Origin: a virus
Taxonomy: Duplodnaviria > Caudoviricetes
Reading direction: 5' to 3' (one strand)
IMG/VR virus record: IMGVR_UViG_3300020595_000045
Location: 1-56,692 of that record
DNA: 56,692 nt
Below are positions 1 through 8,773 of this stretch, one piece after another (the first letter of the stretch is position 1; the number at the start of each line of letters is the position of its first letter). The notes under the pieces are model-generated. The model was not told the DNA's origin, ran no database searches, and saw only the letters and a list, made by a program, of their open reading frames with translations. The translations under genes and the position numbers were made by a program.

Positions 1-180
1 CAGTAACCTAGCAACACAAATCTATAACCGACCCATCAATAAAAAAGACGACCCAACCGAACGATTCGTTGGTAAGACTGCTGTATTAGGGCTCGGCTAT
101 GGAATGGGCGCACCTAAGTTCCAAGCGACATTAGAAGCTGGTGCTATGGGCCCGCCTATGAAATTCACAACTGACGAAGC
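1..180 (+). repeat. Terminal direct repeat, left copy (assembly circularisation overlap)
   Basis: Matches 56513-56692 except at positions 103 (A vs G, synonymous Gly) and 179 (G vs A). Confidence 0.95.
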
Positions 181-679
181 GTACGGTGTTGTAAACACCT
201 ACCGCACGACATACTCAGGTGTACCGCTTCTATGGAAAAAATTAGAGCTTAAATTAGCTAATACAATTAACCCTAACTATGAAGAAGAATGGCATGGCCT
301 TGTCTTCAAAGACAAAAAGATACATCTGCCAAACGGCCTCGCTCTTCACTACAACAACTTACGCTATGAATTTGGTAAGTTAATATATGATGGAGCACGC
401 ACCATAGAGACAACATGGGGCGGCCGCATCGCAGAAAACGTAGTACAAGCGCTATCACGTCTCATTGTTACTGACGCAATGCTCCGTATCGACAGTGACA
501 AAGACCTAAACGCTAACGTCGTGCTTACTGTGCACGACGAAATCGTTTTGATTAGCCAAGCTAATAATCCGGATGCTACAATGGCGAAACTCATTTCACA
601 TATGTGTACCCCGCCAAGCTGGGCTCTAGATATTCCCTTAGACGCAGAAGGCGGTTACGACGTTAGTTATAGCAAGTGA
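1..679 (+). CDS. polA: DNA polymerase family A, C-terminal part (continues from 55383 across the junction)
   Basis: Motif B RFVGKTAVLGLGYG, ENVVQA and motif C TVHDEIV; in frame with the ORF starting at 55383. Confidence 0.93.
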   Translation, partial: SNLATQIYNRPINKKDDPTERFVGKTAVLGLGYGMGAPKFQATLEAGAMGPPMKFTTDEAYGVVNTYRTTYSGVPLLWKKLELKLANTINPNYEEEWHGLVFKDKKIHLPNGLALHYNNLRYEFGKLIYDGARTIETTWGGRIAENVVQALSRLIVTDAMLRIDSDKDLNANVVLTVHDEIVLISQANNPDATMAKLISHMCTPPSWALDIPLDAEGGYDVSYSK

Positions 680-682
680 CCT

Positions 683-874
683 ATGCCCAGATTAGTATTA
701 ACAAGAAAACTCAACGAACAAGTCATTGTCCATGATGACAAAGGCGTTATTGCGAGAGTAAAAGTCTCTAAAGTTGATAGGAATCAAGTCCGGTTAACAT
801 TTGAAGCCGGTAAAGAGATCAGGATTGATCGACAGGAAGTATTCGAAAAAAACGCCCTCCAACCGAAAGAATAA
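683..874 (+). CDS. csrA: CsrA/RsmA-family carbon storage regulator homologue
   Basis: 63 aa; LVLTRKLNEQVIV...VKV...NQVRL.FEA...I.I.R.E follows the CsrA pattern. Confidence 0.85.
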   Translation: MPRLVLTRKLNEQVIVHDDKGVIARVKVSKVDRNQVRLTFEAGKEIRIDRQEVFEKNALQPKE

Positions 875-903
875 TAGCTTAGGTATTAATACCTCTGCTA
901 TTA
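872..903. promoter_or_regulatory. Two overlapping variant 17-bp operators upstream of the primase
   Basis: TAATAG-cttag-GTATTA (872-888) and TAATAC-ctctg-CTATTA (887-903). Confidence 0.65.
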
Positions 904-926
904 TTGTTCGCTCTGTAGGAGGAGCC

Positions 927-3425
927 ATGCAACTTACTTTTTTAGAAGCCGCCAATGGACAGCGGTTAAGCAAGCGACACTGTCCCAAAAATGGGTTTAC
1001 ACCTTACCCACACGTAAAGAACGTTACATCACACCAACACACACTACCTTTAGATAGCACTGGATTGTCTATGTTAGAACGCCTCATCCTCGATGAAGGC
1101 GGCAAAGGACATTGCTTACTAAAAGGTCCCTTAAAGCGAACCTTGAACAACGAATCACGAGCCGGCAAGACGGATCGCATAGCGTATTCCAATCTTCTTG
1201 TCCTCGATATCGATGGCATTACACTGCCTGGCCATACAAACCCGAAGCAATTTGATAGCAAAACTGTCAGTAGACTAGCTAAAGAAGTCATGCGAGAAAT
1301 GCCAGCAGAAGTACAAGACTGCAGTTTCATAGCGCAAGCTTCTGCCAGCCTCGGGCTCAAAGGTGACAAGGTATCACTTCACATATTTATCTTACTTAAG
1401 CACGCAATGCCTGCTAAAGCAGTCAAGCTGTGGCTTCAAGCAACTAATTTTGAATCTAAGCTATTCTCTTCCCAACTAGAACTTAGTTCTAATGGACACT
1501 CACTTAAGTATCCTTTAGATACAAGTGTTGCTGACAATTCAAAACTAATCTTCATCGCTCCTCCTACGTTTGATGATGGGACCCACGACCCTTTCAGTTC
1601 CCCTGCTGATCGGGTCGTGCGTGTTTCCGGTATATCAGACACGCTGGACCTCGCTAAAATGATGAATAACATCAGCCCCGAGGTAGTCCATCAGAAGAGC
1701 AATGAATTCAAAAACAAACTACGTGTAGCTCGAGGCTTCAACGCTAAGAAAGAACGTTTAACCATTGCAACGGTCGACAACAAATCAGAAGAAATTTTGA
1801 CTAACCCAGACCGCATGTCTATACACATTACAGACGACACCAACCCTCCGTACATACGATGCAACGTTAACGGCGGTGACAGCAATGCTTACTACTTCAA
1901 ACTTGAAGACCCGACCTACATGTATAACTTCAAAGGCGAACCGATCTGGTCGATTGAAGCAGCTGACCCCGACTTCTACAAATCTTTGTTTGATGTATAT
2001 CAAGAAGAAATGGAGAAAGAAGGACGAGCAAACTTCCCCGTCGCAATGCGTGACTTCTACACAGACACGTATTACAACGGCCTCTTTGACCCAAACCTTA
2101 ACCAGTTCACTGAAGAGTTCCCACTGATGCCGTGCTCATCAGCTAGCATCGAAGGGTTCATGCGATCACACGGTCGCAGCAAACCTGACTATGTGCCAGA
2201 TGCAAGAGTCGTATTCGACCCGGCATCAAACAACGACGCAGTAAACCTAGCGAACGTGCCTTATCACATCAACATGTTCCGTAGGACGGAGTACATGCTG
2301 TCAAACCGTGAACACGAACCGCTAAGCATGGGTGACGCAGCAAAGATCGCAGACTCTTGTCCTCTGATCTATAAGCTGATGACGCACATACTTGGTGGAC
2401 AATCGCTCGAGGTTGAACACTTCACTAACTGGTTAGCATATATCTTCCAGACAAAACGCAAAGCAATGACCGCTTGGGTACTGCAAGGTGTGCCTGGTAC
2501 TGGTAAAGGTATCTTCTATACCAAAGTACTCAGACCACTATTCGGCACAGAACACGTACCAATGCGCGCACTGCAGAACATCGAAGAACAGTTCAACTTA
2601 TACATGAGGCAAGCACTCTTCCTGGTAGTCGATGAGTTTCACATGGCATCAGCTAACTCAGGCACCATGAAGATTGCCGACAAACTTAAGAACGCTATTA
2701 CAGAAAACACGATGACTATCCGTGCAATGCGTTCTAATCAAGTAGAGATGCCTAACTACACAAACTTTATCTTCCTCACCAACCGTATGGATGCCGTAAA
2801 AATCGAGGAGGGGGACAGGCGATACAATATCGCTCCGAGACAAGAGCAAAAGCTTGAGCATGTGTACCCAGAAGTTATCGATGGTATTGATGACATCAGC
2901 ACAGAGCTACACAAATTCGCTGCATTACTTCGTAACTACAAAGTAAACAAACAGCTAGTGCGTACGCCTATTGCTAACAATGCAAAAGCACAAATGGCCC
3001 AAGTAACCATGTCAGTTATGGAAGAGTTCTTCGCTGCAGTACGCCATGGCAACCTGTCGTTCTTCATGGACATCTTAGACATCAGCTTGACCAACGTAAT
3101 GCAAGGGCAAGAGATCACTACCGCACAACGCTTTGTTAAACAGTGGGTAGCAGAATCGCAATGGCCCCATTCAGTTATACCTATGGAACATCTCCGTGTT
3201 GTGTATGGCGTACTAACTGACGATCGTTTATCGCAACGCGACTTCCAAAAGAAAGCAGCTCGATGTGGTGTTAGTAAAGAACGTAAACGCATGCATCAAG
3301 CACCGCGCAGTGCAAACGCATTAAATGGTGTAGTCGTCTCGTGGAAACTCGAAAGTAAACTATTTGACGAAGTTACTGATAAATACTTCGATGACAAGGA
3401 CCGTAAGCTGCTTGCAGCTGGGTAG
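927..3425 (+). CDS. Primase-helicase (AEP-like N-terminus, SF3/D5-like P-loop helicase C-terminus)
   Basis: Start reassigned to ATG 927 after the AGGAGG RBS; LVLDIDG and SLHIF primase-like motifs; Walker A GVPGTGKG, Walker B VVDE, FLTN, DRRY. Confidence 0.85.
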   Translation: MQLTFLEAANGQRLSKRHCPKNGFTPYPHVKNVTSHQHTLPLDSTGLSMLERLILDEGGKGHCLLKGPLKRTLNNESRAGKTDRIAYSNLLVLDIDGITLPGHTNPKQFDSKTVSRLAKEVMREMPAEVQDCSFIAQASASLGLKGDKVSLHIFILLKHAMPAKAVKLWLQATNFESKLFSSQLELSSNGHSLKYPLDTSVADNSKLIFIAPPTFDDGTHDPFSSPADRVVRVSGISDTLDLAKMMNNISPEVVHQKSNEFKNKLRVARGFNAKKERLTIATVDNKSEEILTNPDRMSIHITDDTNPPYIRCNVNGGDSNAYYFKLEDPTYMYNFKGEPIWSIEAADPDFYKSLFDVYQEEMEKEGRANFPVAMRDFYTDTYYNGLFDPNLNQFTEEFPLMPCSSASIEGFMRSHGRSKPDYVPDARVVFDPASNNDAVNLANVPYHINMFRRTEYMLSNREHEPLSMGDAAKIADSCPLIYKLMTHILGGQSLEVEHFTNWLAYIFQTKRKAMTAWVLQGVPGTGKGIFYTKVLRPLFGTEHVPMRALQNIEEQFNLYMRQALFLVVDEFHMASANSGTMKIADKLKNAITENTMTIRAMRSNQVEMPNYTNFIFLTNRMDAVKIEEGDRRYNIAPRQEQKLEHVYPEVIDGIDDISTELHKFAALLRNYKVNKQLVRTPIANNAKAQMAQVTMSVMEEFFAAVRHGNLSFFMDILDISLTNVMQGQEITTAQRFVKQWVAESQWPHSVIPMEHLRVVYGVLTDDRLSQRDFQKKAARCGVSKERKRMHQAPRSANALNGVVVSWKLESKLFDEVTDKYFDDKDRKLLAAG

Positions 3426-3428
3426 AAA

Positions 3429-3445
3429 TATTAGTTATACTAATA
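3429..3445. promoter_or_regulatory. 17-bp palindromic operator overlapping a sigma70-like promoter
   Basis: TATTAG-ttata-CTAATA; overlaps TTGCAG-N18-TATACT. Confidence 0.75.
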
Positions 3446-3477
3446 GTTCTATTTAATTATATATCTTAGGATTTAGG

Positions 3478-4227
3478 ATGATTAAGTTAACTCAGGATAC
3501 GAGACCAGACGACATTGTCGACTTTGAAAAACCAACAAAGCTCGGCGATGTACGCGCTTGGAGCTACTCAGCTCTCAAAGTATTCGAAGAATGCCCATAC
3601 CGCACCTATATAAGCCGAGTCAAAGGAGTCAAAGAACCCAGCGGCCCGGCTGCAGATCGAGGTACGCAGATCCACCAATACGCTGAAGACTACGTCGATG
3701 GCACTATGGGTGAAATGCACGACTCCCTTCACAAGTTCAAAGACGAGTTCGAAGAACTTCGCCAACTTTACGCTGAAGCAAAAGTTGAGAACGAGGGTGA
3801 ATGGGGCTTCGACCTTGACTGGGCAACAGTCGGCTGGATGCAAAAAGAAACATGGGCTCGCATCAAACTTGACGCACTGGTCCAAGAAGACGACACGTCA
3901 GCACGAGTTATTGATTACAAAACTGGCAAAAAGTGGGGCAACGAAATCTCCCACGGGCAACAAGGTTTGCTCTATGCCATCGGTACCTTCTTCAGATACC
4001 CGCACTTGCAGTTCGTACAAGTAGAGTTCTGGTATCTCGATAAAGGTGAAACTACTAAAAAAACATACACGCGAGAACAAGCAATGGTGTTCGCACCTGG
4101 CTTTCATCGACGTGCAGTCAAGATGACTACAGAAGCAGAATTTGCTCCAACACCTAGTAAAGACAGCTGCAGATGGTGTCCCCATAAGAAGGGCGACGAA
4201 CCTGAATGCACCTGGGGTGTGAGCTAA
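3478..4227 (+). CDS. PD-(D/E)XK RecB/Cas4-like exonuclease
   Basis: WSYS..F.ECPY, RGT.IH, D...IDYKTGK, C-terminal CRWC...C. Confidence 0.85.
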   Translation: MIKLTQDTRPDDIVDFEKPTKLGDVRAWSYSALKVFEECPYRTYISRVKGVKEPSGPAADRGTQIHQYAEDYVDGTMGEMHDSLHKFKDEFEELRQLYAEAKVENEGEWGFDLDWATVGWMQKETWARIKLDALVQEDDTSARVIDYKTGKKWGNEISHGQQGLLYAIGTFFRYPHLQFVQVEFWYLDKGETTKKTYTREQAMVFAPGFHRRAVKMTTEAEFAPTPSKDSCRWCPHKKGDEPECTWGVS

Positions 4228-4259
4228 CCCTCTTACAACGTTACGCCGTCGTAAGCCTC

Positions 4260-4297
4260 AACCCCTACTTGTGTCCCCTCATGAGTAGGGGTTTTTT
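4260..4297 (+). terminator. Intrinsic terminator
   Basis: AACCCCTACT...AGTAGGGGTT stem followed by a T-run. Confidence 0.8.
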
Positions 4298-4349
4298 ATT
4301 CCCGATCGGAATCTAACTGATCCCCATGAACCATGAAGAGAGAATCCCA

Positions 4350-4514
4350 ATGAAAAAGCTACTAACCATTATGGGCTACGGATTGTGTGTAGCCCTTCTA
4401 CTAAACCTCTTCGCAAACATGATAGCAATCAGCTTGTACACCTTCGCGCTAGTCGCTGTTGTGTGCTGCGTTGGATATTTCCATTTAAGGACAAAGCATG
4501 ATCCAAGTGATTGA
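4350..4514 (+). CDS. Small membrane protein (2 hydrophobic segments)
   Basis: MKKLLTIMGYGLCVALLL...; start could be 4326. Confidence 0.6.
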   Translation: MKKLLTIMGYGLCVALLLNLFANMIAISLYTFALVAVVCCVGYFHLRTKHDPSD

Positions 4515-4605
4515 AATCGTTTTTTTCATCATAACTTTTATAGGACTTTTCTATGATTACCGCAGGTCTGCTTTCAGCAGCAGGACTACTGTTCCTGATA
4601 TTTAA
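4498..4605 (+). CDS. Possible 35-aa single-TM microprotein
   Basis: AAGGA RBS; MIQVIEIVFFIITFIGLFY...; below the ORF-track cutoff; overlaps its neighbours. Confidence 0.4.
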   Translation: MIQVIEIVFFIITFIGLFYDYRRSAFSSRTTVPDI

Positions 4606-4855
4606 GTTCGGTGTACGCCGAGCCCTTAGTTTCGATATACCAATCGATATAGCGGTGACTGGCCTCCTTATGTTCCTGTTCGCAGGAACATTCGGGGGCA
4701 TGATGGCTGCTATGGTCGGTGGCCTCACCGTGTCAATCGTACTTTTCGTCATGAAAAAAACCATGACCCGCGAGGAACTTACGTGGGTTAAAACCAAAAA
4801 ATTTCCCTATCGCTCTTTGCGATGGATGGAGGTAGACCCAGATGAGCTTTTTTGA
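4553..4855 (+). CDS. Membrane protein (about 3 TM)
   Basis: Hydrophobic 100-aa ORF with TAGGA RBS. Confidence 0.7.
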   Translation: MITAGLLSAAGLLFLIFKFGVRRALSFDIPIDIAVTGLLMFLFAGTFGGMMAAMVGGLTVSIVLFVMKKTMTREELTWVKTKKFPYRSLRWMEVDPDELF

Positions 4856-4988
4856 ATTCTTTTCCTCAACAACCGTATTACTAGGCGTTGCGTGGTGTGG
4901 CTATGCAGTTCTCAAACACGTCATGCACGAACAAAAAATGTGGGAACTACGCAAACGTAAAAAAGGAAACAGCAATGAACGAGATTAA
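4842..4988 (+). CDS. 48-aa single-TM microprotein
   Basis: GGAGG RBS; MSFFEFFSSTTVLLGVAWCGYAVLK...RKRKK. Confidence 0.55.
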   Translation: MSFFEFFSSTTVLLGVAWCGYAVLKHVMHEQKMWELRKRKKGNSNERD

Positions 4989-5154
4989 CCAGGCACATAC
5001 CCCAAAAACATTCGGCTCAAAAATCAGATTCAAAATCGAATTCATGATGACGATGCTAGCTTCTGGTCGCCAAGTTGAAGCGACCACAGCAATAAATCAA
5101 GCGATCGAATTGTGTGATGAAGCACACGAAGCGGAGCTAAGAAATGACGATTAA
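4975..5154 (+). CDS. Hypothetical protein
   Basis: AAGGA RBS before MNEINQAH; C-terminal part of ORF 4888..5154. Confidence 0.6.
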   Translation: MNEINQAHTPKTFGSKIRFKIEFMMTMLASGRQVEATTAINQAIELCDEAHEAELRNDD

Positions 5155-5198
5155 CTACAAAGAACTGTTATGCGGACACCTGAAGGAGATGTACGACA

Positions 5199-5510
5199 AT
5201 GCAAATGGTCTACAAACGAAACGGATCTCTAGTCGAATACAAGCTCGTAACCGATCCAACCGAAGCAACAGTCTGGACCACGCACCGTTTGAAGAAGTCA
5301 GAAATCAAGATCATGACCAAAACAGACCGGACAACAGCAGCCCAGTATAGAGAGGAAATTCTACGTGACATCCTTAGCCGAGAACCTAATCCCAGTAAAA
5401 AATCTACGTCCACCACACACGAGATATCGGAAAGGCGTAAAACCCCCAAGCCTAAACATGCTAAAGCGGGGAAAACAAAACAAAAAACTAGGCGACAAAG
5501 TAAGCGTTAA
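5199..5510 (+). CDS. Hypothetical protein with basic tail
   Basis: AAGGAG upstream; overlaps the downstream gene by about 146 nt. Confidence 0.5.
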   Translation: MQMVYKRNGSLVEYKLVTDPTEATVWTTHRLKKSEIKIMTKTDRTTAAQYREEILRDILSREPNPSKKSTSTTHEISERRKTPKPKHAKAGKTKQKTRRQSKR

Positions 5511-6063
5511 GATGTGGAAAGGTATGACCATGTACTCTTTGACCCTTGAAGAGCGTGCTACATGCCCATCTGACTGCGAACAATGGGACAACTGTTACGG
5601 TGACAATATGCCATTTGCGCACCGCTTTGACCACACTGACCCTACTTTCGAGTCGTCACTTAAAGAACAACTGTCGTCTTTAAACGACAAACACCCTGAA
5701 GGTTTTGTTGTGCGATTACATGTGCTCGGAGACTTCTACAGCGGCCTATACATAGTGAACTGGCAAATGTTCCTACACCAATTTGAAAACCTACATGTGT
5801 TCGGTTACACCCACCATTCATACACCTCACAGTTAGGTTCTATGATTGGCAACATCAATCGTATCTACCCAGAACGATTCCGTGTCCGTTTTTCAGACGA
5901 CCATGACACCCCCTTTAATGCATCAGTCATTGACGGGGGAGACGCGTCAACCTGGAACGGCGCAGGCGTCATATGTCCCGAGCAAAACAAAGTCACAGAT
6001 AGCTGCGCAACCTGCGGATACTGCTGGTCTAGTGAGCAACCCGTGGTTTTTCTTGAGCATTAA
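5365..6063 (+). CDS. Gp88-like Cys-rich (radical-SAM-like Fe-S) phage protein
   Basis: TCPSDC.....CY, VRLHVLGDF, CPEQ...SCATCGYCW motifs. Confidence 0.65.
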   Translation: MTSLAENLIPVKNLRPPHTRYRKGVKPPSLNMLKRGKQNKKLGDKVSVKMWKGMTMYSLTLEERATCPSDCEQWDNCYGDNMPFAHRFDHTDPTFESSLKEQLSSLNDKHPEGFVVRLHVLGDFYSGLYIVNWQMFLHQFENLHVFGYTHHSYTSQLGSMIGNINRIYPERFRVRFSDDHDTPFNASVIDGGDASTWNGAGVICPEQNKVTDSCATCGYCWSSEQPVVFLEH

Positions 6064-6080
6064 TATTAGCTGGACTAATA
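6064..6080. promoter_or_regulatory. 17-bp palindromic operator
   Basis: TATTAG-ctgga-CTAATA immediately before ATG 6082. Confidence 0.75.
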
Positions 6081-6081
6081 A

Positions 6082-6264
6082 ATGAAATTAACAAAAAGTG
6101 AAAAGCTTCAACTTACTACTAAACCTCAAAAGTTTAGAACTGCTGGAGCATACAGCCACCCCGGCGATGTAAAGAACAAAAGCTACTGCAAATGTCCGCC
6201 AGACAAGCGCGTAAACGATTGGCCAGAAAAATGCGGACGTTGTAGTAGGCGTATCCGTATTTAA
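6082..6264 (+). CDS. Small basic Cys-containing (Zn-ribbon-like) protein
   Basis: CxC...CxxC in 60 aa; flanked by operators. Confidence 0.55.
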   Translation: MKLTKSEKLQLTTKPQKFRTAGAYSHPGDVKNKSYCKCPPDKRVNDWPEKCGRCSRRIRI

Positions 6265-6270
6265 ACTATA

Positions 6271-6287
6271 TATTAGTTGTGCTAATA
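6271..6287. promoter_or_regulatory. 17-bp palindromic operator overlapping an extended -10-like element
   Basis: TATTAG-ttgtg-CTAATA; TGcTAATAT. Confidence 0.75.
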
Positions 6288-6304
6288 TACTAAACCATCA
6301 ACGA

Positions 6305-7651
6305 GTGATGACTATGAAACCTTTCGAGCACCAGAAAGTCACGACTGACTTTATCAAGAAAACCCCTCGCTGCCTCATTACGTCCGATCCTGGTACAGGC
6401 AAAACACGGTCTGTCCTAGATGCAATCGCGGGCCGCGGAACACGAACCTTGGTTCTCGCACCGTTGTCCATCCTCGAAGCTTCATGGGGCGACGACATTC
6501 AGAAGTTCCAGCCCGACATGACGTACGCAATTGCGTACAGTAAAAATCGTGAGAAAGCGTTTACTGAATCTAATGCCGACGTTGTAATCACTAACCACGA
6601 TGCTGTGAAGTGGATTGCCAAGAACTACCACGTACTATGCGGCTTCGACACACTAGTCATTGATGAGTTTACAGCATTTAAAAACCCTAGCAGCCAACGT
6701 AGTAAAGCATGCCGCAAAATTGCAGAAGCATTTACTAATCGTATCGCAATGTCCGGCACACCAAACAGCAACGGTATCTGCGATGTATGGCACCCCGCTT
6801 TAATCGTCGACGACGGAGAACGACTAGGCCACCGGTTCTATTCTTTTCGCGCATCAGTTTGCACGCCCCGTTTCAATGGCTTTGCAAATGAGTGGATTCA
6901 AAAAGACAACGCTGAAGAAACCGTCGCAGCAGCGCTTAGTGACATTAATATTAGGTACGAATTAACCGAATGTATCGACATGCCTCCGCAAAGTGTACGC
7001 ACCATGTACATAACGTTACCTCCACAAATTATGAAACAGTACAAACAACTGAGCGAAGACTCTGTGCTGTATACCGGCAAAGCTACAATCAATGCAGTAC
7101 ATGCTGGCGCTAAAGTCAAAAAACTATTACAGCTATGTACTGGTGCTATATATGACGAGCACGGCGAAACGCAACGCTTCCACACTGAGCGCTACGACCT
7201 AGTCATGCAACTTGTATCTCAGCGCGCACAGTCACTCGTAGCTTTCAACTGGAAGCACGAACAAAAATACATGACCGAAGTAGCAGACAAGCTAGGTATA
7301 AAACACGCGACTATTGACGGTTCTGTTGCTCCACACAAACGCAAAGAAATCGTTGACCGTCTGCAAGCAGGCCAGCTTCAAGTAGTGTTCTGCCACCCTC
7401 AATCAGCAGGTCACGGCCTTACGATGACCAAAGCTAAAACTGTTATATGGGCATCGCCTACATACAACGCTGAGCACTATCAACAGTTCAACCGTCGCAT
7501 ATACCGCGCTGGGCAAAAAGACAAAACAGAAGTCATCCAGATCGCAGCAAACGATACCTGGGAACCTGATGTCTACGCCAAGTTAGAAGGGAAAGTAGAG
7601 CGGATGGACGAGCTACTCGGAATACTAAACAAACTAAAGCAAGCAGCCTAA
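6305..7651 (+). CDS. SNF2-like SF2 DNA helicase
   Basis: PGTGKT, IDE, MSGTP, GHGLT, Q..RIYRAGQ motifs. Confidence 0.9.
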   Translation: MMTMKPFEHQKVTTDFIKKTPRCLITSDPGTGKTRSVLDAIAGRGTRTLVLAPLSILEASWGDDIQKFQPDMTYAIAYSKNREKAFTESNADVVITNHDAVKWIAKNYHVLCGFDTLVIDEFTAFKNPSSQRSKACRKIAEAFTNRIAMSGTPNSNGICDVWHPALIVDDGERLGHRFYSFRASVCTPRFNGFANEWIQKDNAEETVAAALSDINIRYELTECIDMPPQSVRTMYITLPPQIMKQYKQLSEDSVLYTGKATINAVHAGAKVKKLLQLCTGAIYDEHGETQRFHTERYDLVMQLVSQRAQSLVAFNWKHEQKYMTEVADKLGIKHATIDGSVAPHKRKEIVDRLQAGQLQVVFCHPQSAGHGLTMTKAKTVIWASPTYNAEHYQQFNRRIYRAGQKDKTEVIQIAANDTWEPDVYAKLEGKVERMDELLGILNKLKQAA

Positions 7652-7675
7652 ATCACCCCCAAAGAGAAAAAACTA

Positions 7676-8041
7676 ATGAATATTAATGAACTAATCGAAT
7701 CAAGAGCTGAGGTCAAAGACGCTATTGAAGGTCTCAACCGCGAGCTTAAAGAGTTAAATAAGTCCAAAGATGAATTGGACTATGCGCTCTTAACGCAATT
7801 GGACGAGCAGGGTTTGTCACGTACCGCTAATGACAAAGCCAGTGTATCCATTAACGAAGCCGTAGTGCCGGATGTCCAAGATTGGGACGCGCTGTATGCG
7901 CACATCGTGGAAACCCAGGACTTTGCGCTTCTTCAACGACGGGTATCGTCGACTGCATACAAAGAACTTCTAAAGCTTGGCGAAGAAGTTCCAGGTGTAC
8001 AGACCCGTGAAATTCGACGCATTAACTTTCGATCCCTTTAA
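7676..8041 (+). CDS. Conserved coiled-coil phage protein (replication module)
   Basis: N-terminal heptad helix; DWDALY...LLQRRVS...VPGV. Confidence 0.7.
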   Translation: MNINELIESRAEVKDAIEGLNRELKELNKSKDELDYALLTQLDEQGLSRTANDKASVSINEAVVPDVQDWDALYAHIVETQDFALLQRRVSSTAYKELLKLGEEVPGVQTREIRRINFRSL

Positions 8042-8067
8042 ACATGAATCATGAAGAGTAAAAAACT

Positions 8068-8763
8068 ATGAGTAAATCAGCAGTAGCAGTAGCAGCACCA
8101 TCAAACTTAGTAGCATCAACTGATGCATTACCAGCGCACCTAAAAGCCGTTGAAGGTACTGGCCGTGGTAATGAAAACGTTGGTCAGAACGTGCAGATCC
8201 CACGCATCAAACTTCTCCAGAAGATGTCTAATGAAGTGGACAAGCACCACGCATCGTATGTAGAAGGTTGTGAGCCAGGCCATCTAGTTAACACGCTTAC
8301 CAATGAGAACTACGGTAACGACCTGTACGTCCTGTCATTGCACTTCAAGACAGAGTTCGTTGTTTGGCGTCATCTCGATGCAGGCGGCGGTTACGGCGGC
8401 GCATTCGCATCTATCGCAGATGCAGAAGCCTATGTTAACCAACAAGACAAGCCTGCTGAGTACGACATCAACGAAACTCACGCACACGTTATCCTCGTTA
8501 AGAACCCTGAGACGGGCGAGCTCGAGCGTACTCCAGCTATTATGGACTTCGCATCAAGCAAGCTACGTGTTTCCAAAGCTTGGAACTCGCAGATTGCTAT
8601 GAAAGGCGGCGATCGTTTCGCAGCCCTTTGGAAAGTCTCAGGCGTTCCAACCGAAAACAAGATGGGCAAGGCATTCATGAATTGCGAAGTCTCGTTCGTT
8701 GGTTGGGCGCAAGAAGAAGACTACAAGACCGCAGAAGGTCTGTACGAACAGTACTCAAAGTAG
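8068..8763 (+). CDS. Putative ssDNA-binding/annealing protein
   Basis: IPRIKLLQKMS motif and position in the replication module; function inferred. Confidence 0.5.
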   Translation: MSKSAVAVAAPSNLVASTDALPAHLKAVEGTGRGNENVGQNVQIPRIKLLQKMSNEVDKHHASYVEGCEPGHLVNTLTNENYGNDLYVLSLHFKTEFVVWRHLDAGGGYGGAFASIADAEAYVNQQDKPAEYDINETHAHVILVKNPETGELERTPAIMDFASSKLRVSKAWNSQIAMKGGDRFAALWKVSGVPTENKMGKAFMNCEVSFVGWAQEEDYKTAEGLYEQYSK

Positions 8764-8773
8764 CAGTGTAGGT

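Noticed and set aside
1-180. Physical direct terminal repeat of the virion DNA
   Set aside because: It falls mid-polA, so it is best explained as assembly overlap of a circular or permuted sequence
801-926. N-terminal 42 aa of the 874-aa ORF
   Set aside because: TTG start overlapping csrA and the operators; a strong AGGAGG RBS supports ATG 927
3478-4227. CRISPR-associated cas4
   Set aside because: No cas1/cas2 or array; stand-alone Cas4-like nucleases are common in phage replication modules
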